Origin: Candidatus Sericytochromatia bacterium
Lineage (GTDB): Bacteria > Cyanobacteriota > Sericytochromatia > UBA7694
DNA: 64,000 bases
Reading direction: 5' to 3'
Assembly (NCBI GenBank): GCA_963797915.1
Contig: CAWCRG010000017.1
Coordinates: 235,074 to 299,073 of the forward strand
Below the pieces are notes generated by a model. It saw only the letters and a list, made by a program, of their open reading frames with translations. It did no database searches and was not told the DNA's origin. A program made the translations under genes and the position numbers. The number at the start of each line of letters is the position of its first letter. The first letter of the stretch is position 1. Shown here one piece after another: positions 45,239 to 53,611 of the stretch.

Positions 45239-45266
45239 ATTATAGCACAACTTATTCTCGTCACAA
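45239..45266 (-). promoter_or_regulatory. Sigma70-like promoter of the tRNA-Phe/tRNA-Leu operon (-10 TATAAT, -35 TTGTGA, AT-rich UP region)
   Basis: The minus-strand sequence reads TTGTGAcgagaataagttgtgcTATAAT. The -10 lies ~20 nt upstream of the tRNA-Phe 5' end, and an A/T tract sits further upstream. Confidence 0.4.
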
Positions 45267-45301
45267 TAGGATATCAAAAAAATATAGCAAACTTTTTTGA
45301 C

Positions 45302-46222
45302 CTATACTTTAGCGAACCCTAACCCTGCCTTTAACTCTTCGGGGCTGAAAATACCGTGCACAGGGATTTTAGGCAGGGTCTGTTCTGCCAGTCTTTTGAG
45401 CGTTGTGGGGCCCATTTCAAACACATGTTTGATCCCTGTTTCTTGTGCAAATAATAGTGTGTCTCTCCAATAGACGGGGCTTAAGATTTGGGCGATTAAG
45501 GCCTGTTTAATGGCTTCAGGCTCCTGGAGAGCAGTGGCCTGACTGTTCATGATAATGGGTATCTGTGCGGGGGCAAACGCTTCGCGCTCAAGAAAGCGGG
45601 TCATTTTCTCGCTGGCATCTTTCATGAGGGGCGAGTGAAAGGCACCACTGACCTGTAAAGGAATGACTTTGCCTTGTTTATGGGTTTTGATTTCTGCAAT
45701 AACCTGAGCCAGCGCTTCAGCCTCTCCCGATAACACCACCTGATGTTCGCTGTTGTCGTTAGCTAAAACCACTTCGGGATAATCTTTTAATAGCGTAGTG
45801 AGGGCGGCTCGGTGCGGACGGATAATCGCCGCCATGCTTCCGCTACGGGCTTCGCAGTCTTGTTGCATCCACCGGGCGCGGTGATTGACCCAATTTAGAC
45901 CCTGGGTAAACGAAATGACACCGGCTGCGAAAAGCGCGCTGTACTCTCCGAGGCTATGTCCGGCCACCAGACCAGGTGAAGGGGCTCCAGCGGCTTTCCA
46001 GAGCCGATAAATGCCGGTTTCTACCACATAGAGGGCCAGCTGGGCGTATTGGGTTTCTTTGAGTTTTTCGTCGGGGCCGTGATGCAAAATATCGCTGAGG
46101 GCATAGCCGAGTAGGTCATCGGCCGTTTGAAGATGCTCCTTATAAAGAGGGTTCTCTACAAAGTGTTGTCCCATTCCTACTTTTTGGGCACCCTGACCGG
46201 GAAAAATGACAAAGTCAAGCAT
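45302..46222 (-). CDS. fabD: Malonyl CoA-ACP transacylase
   Basis: GHSLGEYSAL active-site motif and a typical ~306 aa length. Confidence 0.9.
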   Translation of the reverse strand: MLDFVIFPGQGAQKVGMGQHFVENPLYKEHLQTADDLLGYALSDILHHGPDEKLKETQYAQLALYVVETGIYRLWKAAGAPSPGLVAGHSLGEYSALFAAGVISFTQGLNWVNHRARWMQQDCEARSGSMAAIIRPHRAALTTLLKDYPEVVLANDNSEHQVVLSGEAEALAQVIAEIKTHKQGKVIPLQVSGAFHSPLMKDASEKMTRFLEREAFAPAQIPIIMNSQATALQEPEAIKQALIAQILSPVYWRDTLLFAQETGIKHVFEMGPTTLKRLAEQTLPKIPVHGIFSPEELKAGLGFAKV

Positions 46223-46292
46223 GGTGTTTCCTTTTCTATCTCTTTTATTCCTTCTGGTATGCTATAAGTAAAATCATAAAAAGGTAAGTCCC

Positions 46293-47144
46293 ATGCAATC
46301 AAAAGATAAGCAACTCAAAGATCAGGTGGCGATTATTACGGGAAGCAGTCGAGGCATTGGTCGAGACCTCGCGCTAAAACTGGCTGATCAGGGCTGTAAT
46401 ATCGTTGTGGTGGGTAAAACCACCGAGCCCAACCCCAAATTGCCGGGCACGATTCATACGGTGGCTGAAGAGGTTGAGGCCAAAGGTGTGAAGGCTCTGG
46501 CAGTACAGTGCGACGTGCGTAATGTCGAAAATATTGAGTCCATGGTGGCCGAGGTTAAGGCAAAATTTGGGCGTGTGGATATTTTATTAAACAACGCCGG
46601 TGCACTCTGGTGGCAACCACTGATGAAAACCCCAGCAAAACGTTTTGATCTGATGATGGAAGTCAATGCTCGCGGTGCTTTCTTTTGTGCTCAGGCCGTA
46701 TTGCCCTTAATGATCGAAGCCAAGCGGGGACATATTATTAACATGTCGCCCCCCATTGATCTCACCCACGTGCCTTATCATATCGGTTATACGATTTCAA
46801 AGTACGGCATGACCTTATTGAGCCATGGTTTAGCAGAAGAGGTGAAAGACCATCATATCGGCGTGTATTCTCTCTGGCCTGAAACCATGATCGAAAGTTT
46901 GGCCACCATTAATTGGGGGCTTGGTGATGCCTCGATGTGGCGCAAACCCTCAATTTTATCAGACGCCGTGCTGGCACTGGTGACCCAGGAAGACCCCGCT
47001 CGCTATAGCGGCCAGGCGCTGATTGATGAAGTGTTGCTCAGAGATGTTGGGGTGACGGACTTCGACGTGTATAATTGTGTTCCGGGTTCTCATCCGCCGC
47101 CGCTCAATAGCCTCTGGGAGATGACAAAAAATGCAAACACCTAA
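46293..47144 (+). CDS. SDR-family oxidoreductase
   Basis: TGSSRGIG cofactor motif, NNAG, and a catalytic YxxxK (YTISKYG). Confidence 0.75.
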   Translation: MQSKDKQLKDQVAIITGSSRGIGRDLALKLADQGCNIVVVGKTTEPNPKLPGTIHTVAEEVEAKGVKALAVQCDVRNVENIESMVAEVKAKFGRVDILLNNAGALWWQPLMKTPAKRFDLMMEVNARGAFFCAQAVLPLMIEAKRGHIINMSPPIDLTHVPYHIGYTISKYGMTLLSHGLAEEVKDHHIGVYSLWPETMIESLATINWGLGDASMWRKPSILSDAVLALVTQEDPARYSGQALIDEVLLRDVGVTDFDVYNCVPGSHPPPLNSLWEMTKNANT

Positions 47145-47565
47145 CTTACCTCACGGTCTTAGCAAAATGCCGCTGGATCATATTGGCGTGGCTGTGGAAT
47201 CCTTAGAGAAAAGCCTGGCATTCTATCAACTGCTCGGTCTTGAAGTATTAAAAACAGAGACGGTTCCCACTGAGGCGGTAAATGTCGCTTTTTTAAATAC
47301 CGGTGATTGTCATCTGGAGTTGCTCGAACCCACCTCTGAGTCCAGTCCTATTGCACAGTTTATGCGCAAGCGCGGCCCGGGCATCCATCATATTTGCTTA
47401 AAAGTCACCGCATTAGACGCCTTGCTTCAACGGCTCGACGCCGCTGGCGTTCAGCTCATTGACAAAGTGCCTCGCCCGGGGGCTAATCAAAAACGGGTGG
47501 CTTTTGTTCATCCGCGTGCCACGGGCGGTGTTCTCGTGGAGCTGAGTGAGGAACCTCCCGAGTAA
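47131..47565 (+). CDS. Methylmalonyl-CoA epimerase (VOC/glyoxalase fold)
   Basis: LDHIGVAV, LELLEP, GPGIHHICLKV and VAFVHP motifs match the MCEE family. The true start may be the internal Met at 47167. Confidence 0.75.
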   Translation: MQTPNLPHGLSKMPLDHIGVAVESLEKSLAFYQLLGLEVLKTETVPTEAVNVAFLNTGDCHLELLEPTSESSPIAQFMRKRGPGIHHICLKVTALDALLQRLDAAGVQLIDKVPRPGANQKRVAFVHPRATGGVLVELSEEPPE

Positions 47566-47646
47566 ATATTTACCCATGTCCCAATGAAAAGCTTTGGGTC
47601 ATGTTAAAATTTAACCACGCGAAAACAGGTTGCGGAGTTATTCATT

Positions 47647-49071
47647 ATGCACAATCAGTCAGCTGTACCCGTCGCGGGCCGTTATGCCATACTCCAACAA
47701 GTAGGGCAAGGCGGAGCTGCGACCGTTTTTCAGGCTCTGGATATGCAAACCCATCAAAAGGTCGTGCTCAAGTTTTTAAACTTACCTCAGCACGGTCCTG
47801 ATGAAGTCCGCCAATTGGCGCTTGATCGCTTTCGCCAGGAGCATCAGATTCTACGGCTCTTGGATCACCCTCATATTGTTCAGGTTTTAGATTATCTCGA
47901 AGGTGACGATCAGTATTGTCTGGTGATCGAATGGATCGATGGCGTGACCCTGGATGATTATATGCGCGTTAATCCGCCCATGCCCGCGTCGGTTTTACCG
48001 ATGATGGATCAGGCCTGTGAAGCCTTAGAGTATATGCATGCTCGCGGCATTATTCATCGGGATATTAAGCCTGAAAACATAATGATTACCGCTGAGGGAA
48101 ATATTAAAATTTTAGACTTTGGTTTGGCGCGTCTCATGGGTCAAAGCGACGGAGAGTCCGGCCTCGGTGGCATGGCGGGCACTGTTGCCTATATGGCACC
48201 GGAGCTTCTGAAAAACCAAAACAGCACCGATCCGCAGAGCGATCTTTACGCTTTGGGAGTGACCTTTTATGAGCTTTTAACGGGGCGCGTTCCTTACCCT
48301 GGAGAGGATCCCGGGTCAACCATTTATGCCATTATGAATCAGGATCCCCCGCCACCTATTGATTTTAATCCCATGATTGGCGCCGATCTGAATCAACTGG
48401 TGCTGACGTGTATACATAAGCTCCCTCAGCACCGCTTTGCGCACTCTCGTCAGCTCCAGCAACTGCTGCGTATTCTGGCGAAACGGGTTTTTTACGCCGG
48501 TGCTGACCCAATGTTGGCCATGCAGTCGGTGTTGCCTCCCCTTCACTCCTTTACGCATTTTGGTTTAGTTGACGAACTGCATAATGCGGTACATCGTCAT
48601 GAGAATGGACAGTTCCTGGTGTGGAATGCCTCCGAACAGGGAGGTATCTGGATGCAAAACGGAAATATTTTACATGCAGATATTAAGAATAAAAATCTGG
48701 ACAGCCTCGAAATCCTGATGACTATTCTCTCCTGGGAGAGCGGTAATTTTATGCATATTGCGAGTGCCCAGGTGCCTCAGACCACCATTCGCCAAAATGC
48801 CTTCAAATTGATTGAACAAGCGGACGCCTATCTGGTGGAGTATAAAATGCTCTGGGAGATGTATCGGGATATTGATATTCTTGAGCAAATTATGCGTCCT
48901 GGTGTGCACGACAATCTTCCGGAACTCTCTCTTTACATTATCGATGTTTTATCCACGCCCAAGCGGGTGGGAGAATTGGCTGCTGAGTTACCCATTTCTC
49001 GCAGACAGTTACTGGAGTCTATTAAAGCCCTTGAAGATCGCCAGTTTATTTTTGTGGAGCGAGAGCGCTAG
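47647..49071 (+). CDS. Ser/Thr protein kinase with C-terminal DUF4388 (PATAN-like) domain
   Basis: Hanks kinase motifs (VLK, HRDIKPEN, DFG, APE) in the first 270 aa. The C-terminal ~150 aa match the DUF4388 pattern (G-x-FLVWN, ILHADI, SLEILMTILSWESGNF). Confidence 0.75.
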   Translation: MHNQSAVPVAGRYAILQQVGQGGAATVFQALDMQTHQKVVLKFLNLPQHGPDEVRQLALDRFRQEHQILRLLDHPHIVQVLDYLEGDDQYCLVIEWIDGVTLDDYMRVNPPMPASVLPMMDQACEALEYMHARGIIHRDIKPENIMITAEGNIKILDFGLARLMGQSDGESGLGGMAGTVAYMAPELLKNQNSTDPQSDLYALGVTFYELLTGRVPYPGEDPGSTIYAIMNQDPPPPIDFNPMIGADLNQLVLTCIHKLPQHRFAHSRQLQQLLRILAKRVFYAGADPMLAMQSVLPPLHSFTHFGLVDELHNAVHRHENGQFLVWNASEQGGIWMQNGNILHADIKNKNLDSLEILMTILSWESGNFMHIASAQVPQTTIRQNAFKLIEQADAYLVEYKMLWEMYRDIDILEQIMRPGVHDNLPELSLYIIDVLSTPKRVGELAAELPISRRQLLESIKALEDRQFIFVERER

Positions 49072-49072
49072 T

Positions 49073-50646
49073 TCGGGTTTTGTAATAATTGAAGGTAGCG
49101 GTACTGAAAGGGTTCATGATCGGGAAACGTCATGAGTACTTCTTTTAACTGAGTGAGCTCTAGCTCCGGCTCCATAGGTAAGTGAAAACGCAGTTCGGCA
49201 ATTTTAAGGGAGATCGGATTTAAACTGTAAGCGATCTCAATATTGCGCTGCTTTTCTTTCAGGGGTACATCTTCTGTCTGATCCGCAAACAGACTCCAAA
49301 GTCCGTAGGGAAGCCACCAATCCGGGGCTGCTGTCTGGGCTGATTTTAGACTGGCTAACGCCCATTTTTGTTCACCGGCTATCCATAATTTCCAGGCCTG
49401 TATGACTTTTTTTTCGGCTCCGTCCTGGATTTCTTTTTCGGTATTTAGCCACAGCTTCTGTGTGCTTAAATCAGGCGTCTTGTACCAGGGGTGCTCAAAA
49501 AAACCGTACCAGAAGCCTTCTATACTTTGTTCTGTCGCCTTTTCTAAGGTGGGTAGTAACGCGGTTGGACGTTGTGTCTCAGCCCATACCGAAAGCCTTC
49601 GCCAGGGGTAGGGTTCCTCAGCAGATAAAGCGAGCTTTTGCCAGGGCGTAGAATCGGCTCACCTTTTTTTGTGCTTGTTTCATTTGCGAGGCTTGTAGTT
49701 GGTACTCCGCATATTCAGGAAAAATCTGATGGGCGCGCGTAAAAGCTGACTCGGCTTGCTCCCACTGATGATTGAGCTGATGATAAGTACCTAAAGCCTG
49801 ATAGGCACTGTCGGTATTGATCCCGCTGAGCTGCCAGTTTTGAAGGGTCGATAAATACCCCGCGGTGGTGCACACTTCTGCTGCTTTAAGATAACAGTCA
49901 AAATAGCGTTGACTTTCGCTAAAACCAATCACCCGATACACTTCGGGGTAGTCCTTGGCCAGCTGCTTTAAAGCGGTTCTGTTTTCTTGATACGCCGTTT
50001 CATGATTCTTTTGATAAAGCCAGGTTAACATTTGCCTGGCGTTAAACATATGTTCTGGGTAGGTCGCCAATTTTTCAAGGGCGGGAATCGCTGCTTCGCT
50101 ATTTTTCTGGGCCAAATAAATAAGGCTTTGTAAGTACAGGCTTTCTGCTGGGGGTAAGCTTTCTTGTTGTAATTGCTCACTGTGAAATAAAGCCTCTTCA
50201 AAGCGTTGCTCTCTGAGCAGGGCCGTAGCCAATTTGAGGCGAACGCCAGACCAGCCGGGCTGGTAAGCCAATGCCTGCACATAGGCAGCAATCGCAGGCG
50301 CAAAGTCCTGTTGCTCAAAGTAAATGTCGCCCAGGCCGCTGCGTAAGCGCGCCTGGAGAGCCTCTTCTGGTAGGAGTCTTAGGCCCGCTTTGTAGGCCTG
50401 ATATGCTCCCAGAAGATCCTGCTGTTGGTAAAGGCTGACGCCCAGTGCAAACCAAATTTCTGCGTTATCAGCCTCGTTTTGTAGGGCCTGACGAAACTTT
50501 TCGGTAGCCAATGGAAAATGCCGCTGCCTGAGCAGTTGCAAGCCTTCTTTATAATAACGCTCTGTACTCTCCGCAATGCCTGCCAGGGTAGCTGCTCCCA
50601 ACACGACACCACAACAAACGGCCAGGAGCCCGCGCTTTACGCTCAC
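49073..50646 (-). CDS. TPR-repeat protein with N-terminal signal peptide; probable frameshift near 49630 joining a 180-codon start-less open frame
   Basis: ORF 49618-50646 encodes a secreted TPR protein. Directly downstream, a 180-codon frame (49073-49614) is open with no ATG/GTG/TTG for ~100 codons. Deleting one A from gcaaaagct fuses the two. Confidence 0.5.
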
Positions 50647-52094
50647 CCCATGCTTTGCAGGCGTTGACGTACCATTTGATTGGCGATGCCGGGATCGGCT
50701 TGCCCGCGAGTGGCCTTCATGACCTGCCCCATCAAAAAACCCAACACCTTTTCCTTGCCGGCCAAAAATGCCTCTACCTGCTCCGGGTTGTCTGTCAGCA
50801 CTTTATCAATAATGGGCATCAGGGTATCGGTGTCTGAAATTTGTACCATTCCCTTTTGCTCCACCAGTGTCTCTGGACGAACGTCTTTTTCCATCAGCTC
50901 AGGCAATAAGGTTTTTGCCATTTTTCCGCTGATTTTTCCTGTGCTCATGAGCTGTAAGAGTTCGTGGAGTTGTGTTGCCGAAAGCTGGGTTTCTTCCACT
51001 TGCTTTTCATTTTGATTGAGATAAGCACTAATATCACCCGTTAGCCATTTGCTTGTTTCCGTTGGTGAGCTACCCAGGGCGAGACTTTCTTCAAACAGCT
51101 GTGACAGACCGCGACTGTTTACGAGCACACCTGCTTCTTCTTCGCCAATGCCAAGCGCTTCATAACGGTCTTGACGCGCTGCCGGAAGTTCTGGAAGTTG
51201 GGATTGGATGGCTGCGATTTTTGCGTCCGACACGTGATACCAGATGAGATCCGGGTCGGGCATGTAGCGGTAATCGTGGGCGTCTTCTTTAGAGCGCATG
51301 GAGCGGGTTACATTCTTCGCTTCATCCCATAAACGGGTTTCCTGGATCAGCGTTTCTCCATTGTCGAGGGCGATGCCCTGGCGATAAACTTCGTACTCAA
51401 TGGCCTTTTGTAAAAAACGAAAGGAGTTAATGTTTTTAATTTCGACACGGGTGCCAAAGGTTTCGCTCCCCACCGGCCGAAGCGAAATATTGGCGTCACA
51501 CCGAATGCTGCCCTCCTCCATTTTACCGTCGCAGACGCCGATGGCCATTAGAATACCGCGCAGGGTTTCAAGATAAACACGCGCTTCCTCACTGGAGCGA
51601 AGATCCGGCTCACTCACAATTTCGAGCAAAGGAACCCCTGCGCGATTATAGTCGGCAAAGCTGTGGGTAGAGCCGGACATGCCGGCGGCGCCAGCATGCA
51701 CCAATTTGCCGGCATCTTCTTCCATATGGATGCGATTTAACCTTACCGTTTTTGATACGCCATGCAGCGAAAAGCGAACTTCGCCGGCTTCAGCAATGGG
51801 GAAGTCAAATTGGGTAATCTGATAACCCTTGGGCAAGTCAGCATAAAAGTAGTGCTTGCGATCGAACTTTGTTTTGCGGGCAATGCGGCAGTTTGTAGCC
51901 AGACCTGCTTGAATACCCATCTCCAACACTTTTTCGTTAAAGACGGGGAGCGCACCGGGTAAACCCAGCGTAACGGGATCTACATGGGTGTTAGGTTCTC
52001 CTCCAAAATGTGCTGAGCTGCTGCAAAAAATTTTGCTTTCTGTCAGAAGTTCTGCGTGAACTTCCAGGCCGATAACGGTTTCATAAGATCCCAC
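50643..52094 (-). CDS. gatB: Asp-tRNA(Asn)/Glu-tRNA(Gln) amidotransferase subunit B
   Basis: GatB N-terminus (YETVIGLEVHAEL), a GatB_Yqey C-terminal domain, and 483 aa length. Confidence 0.9.
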   Translation of the reverse strand: MGSYETVIGLEVHAELLTESKIFCSSSAHFGGEPNTHVDPVTLGLPGALPVFNEKVLEMGIQAGLATNCRIARKTKFDRKHYFYADLPKGYQITQFDFPIAEAGEVRFSLHGVSKTVRLNRIHMEEDAGKLVHAGAAGMSGSTHSFADYNRAGVPLLEIVSEPDLRSSEEARVYLETLRGILMAIGVCDGKMEEGSIRCDANISLRPVGSETFGTRVEIKNINSFRFLQKAIEYEVYRQGIALDNGETLIQETRLWDEAKNVTRSMRSKEDAHDYRYMPDPDLIWYHVSDAKIAAIQSQLPELPAARQDRYEALGIGEEEAGVLVNSRGLSQLFEESLALGSSPTETSKWLTGDISAYLNQNEKQVEETQLSATQLHELLQLMSTGKISGKMAKTLLPELMEKDVRPETLVEQKGMVQISDTDTLMPIIDKVLTDNPEQVEAFLAGKEKVLGFLMGQVMKATRGQADPGIANQMVRQRLQSMG

Positions 52095-52392
52095 GGTTCT
52101 GATTTCCTTTGCTTAAGTCGGAGATAGGGTTTTGTTTGGAGAGAGTGGTGTTTTTTTTAGCGTCCACCGGCGACCATGGCCAGGGTTTAATCCGAAAATG
52201 TTTCATTAAGGCCAAACGTAAAGCCCCCTGTTGAGTCGGAGACAGGTGAGCTGTATATTCTTCAAGGCGTTCTGACCAAATCCATTCATAGAGGGTAGAC
52301 TGTGCAAAGTAGGGGTTTCCCCAGCGCCTAACGACACGGTCGTAAACATACTCAGCCTCTTTGACGACTTCGTTAAAAATATCGTGCCACAT
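52081..52392 (-). CDS. Hypothetical protein (103 aa) overlapping gatB start
   Basis: ORF with no recognisable motif whose 3' end overlaps the gatB start by 14 nt. A possible small co-transcribed gene. Confidence 0.35.
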   Translation of the reverse strand: MWHDIFNEVVKEAEYVYDRVVRRWGNPYFAQSTLYEWIWSERLEEYTAHLSPTQQGALRLALMKHFRIKPWPWSPVDAKKNTTLSKQNPISDLSKGNQNRGIL

Positions 52393-52420
52393 AAGCGCCC
52401 TTTCTTTGCATATTTAATCT

Positions 52421-52453
52421 AATTCTAGCATGATGTTGTGACATGCTAGAATT
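52421..52453. promoter_or_regulatory. Perfect 12 bp inverted repeat AATTCTAGCATG-N9-CATGCTAGAATT in divergent promoter region
   Basis: Read directly. It lies between the start of the 52392 minus-strand ORF and the 52481 plus-strand ORF. The arms are exact reverse complements. Confidence 0.4.
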
Positions 52454-52480
52454 GAACAGAGTGAACATGGAAAAGAGACA

Positions 52481-52846
52481 GTGAAGATGTTTTTTAAGCT
52501 TTTTATGATCGGTTTAATAGTGGCTGCAGGCGCTTATTTCTACGACAAACAAAATGCACCGACTATTTTAAGAGATGCGAAGTACTCCAGCATTGAAACC
52601 GAAAATCGGTGTAAAAACAACCATGAGTCTATGTGTAAGTATTATATGACGGTCAAGCTGGAACCCGAAAAGATTTTCTACAAGTTTCAGGTTCCATGGA
52701 GTTATTATCACCAGCTTCGTGAACAGCTAAAAGAGCGTAAGTTTCCCGTGGTGCTGAAGCAAAAAAAGATTTTTCCGGCACGTATTGTGGATGTAAATCC
52801 TAAAATGCGTAAGCTTCTTGATGAAGAGATGGCCAAAAGCCCCTAG
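52481..52846 (+). CDS. Hypothetical N-terminally membrane-anchored small protein
   Basis: A single N-terminal TM helix (FFKLFMIGLIVAAGAYFY), then a charged Lys-rich soluble region with two Cys. No family recognised. Confidence 0.4.
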   Translation: MKMFFKLFMIGLIVAAGAYFYDKQNAPTILRDAKYSSIETENRCKNNHESMCKYYMTVKLEPEKIFYKFQVPWSYYHQLREQLKERKFPVVLKQKKIFPARIVDVNPKMRKLLDEEMAKSP

Positions 52847-52888
52847 TTAAAATCGTCAACCCTTCAGGCAAGGTGTTCTCGGTTTGTT

Positions 52889-53608
52889 TTAGGTCTTCTT
52901 TGCAGGGTCGTCAAACTCAACCAGCAGGGGTTCTTTGACACGCCAGGTGGTTAAAGACACCTCGCATTGATAAGCCAGTACCTCTACACCTGCGTTATGT
53001 GCCTCTTCAAGTAGGTTTGCATAGACCGGGTCATAATGGCGAGCCGCTTGAAAGCGATGCTCGCCATCCTCTCTTTGAATCAGATATAGCATGACGGCTC
53101 GCTTGTTCTGGGCAGGAAGTTCTTGCAGCTCTCGCAGATGTTTTTGGCCGCGGGTCGTGACCGTATCGGGAAAGAGATGAATCCCGTTTTCCATCAGTGT
53201 CACGGACTTTACCTCCACATAGCAGTCTTTTTGGCCTGGCTCCTGCAGTAAAAAATCAATACGGCTATTTTCGTTGCCGTATTTGACTTCTCTGCGCCGC
53301 ACAGAATACCCCAATAATTCTTTAATTTGACCCTGAGCAAGGGCTTCTTCTGCCAAACGATTGGCCTGATGGGTGTTCACACCGATCCAGGTACTGCCGT
53401 TGTAGATCATTTCTAAAGTGTAGGGATACTTGCGCTTGGGATTATCAGAACGACTCAGGGCCACCTGCCAACCGGGTGTGGCACAGCCCGTCATGGGGCC
53501 GGTATTTGGGCAGTGTACGGTCACCACTTCATCATTGATGTCTATATCTGCCAAAAACCGTTTGTAACGCTTGATAAGCCTGCCAGTAATCAGAGGCGAA
53601 GGTGCCAT
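52889..53608 (-). CDS. sfsA: Sugar fermentation stimulation protein A (DNA-binding, nuclease-like fold)
   Basis: Conserved N-terminus RYKRFLADI, the HCPNTGPM motif, and the SRIDFLL / YVEVKSVTL motifs characteristic of SfsA. Confidence 0.85.
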   Translation of the reverse strand: MAPSPLITGRLIKRYKRFLADIDINDEVVTVHCPNTGPMTGCATPGWQVALSRSDNPKRKYPYTLEMIYNGSTWIGVNTHQANRLAEEALAQGQIKELLGYSVRRREVKYGNENSRIDFLLQEPGQKDCYVEVKSVTLMENGIHLFPDTVTTRGQKHLRELQELPAQNKRAVMLYLIQREDGEHRFQAARHYDPVYANLLEEAHNAGVEVLAYQCEVSLTTWRVKEPLLVEFDDPAKKT

Positions 53609-53611
53609 GAC

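Noticed and set aside
47601-47801. 66-aa ORF overlapping the kinase start
   Set aside because: It is out of frame with the strongly supported kinase CDS and has no independent evidence.
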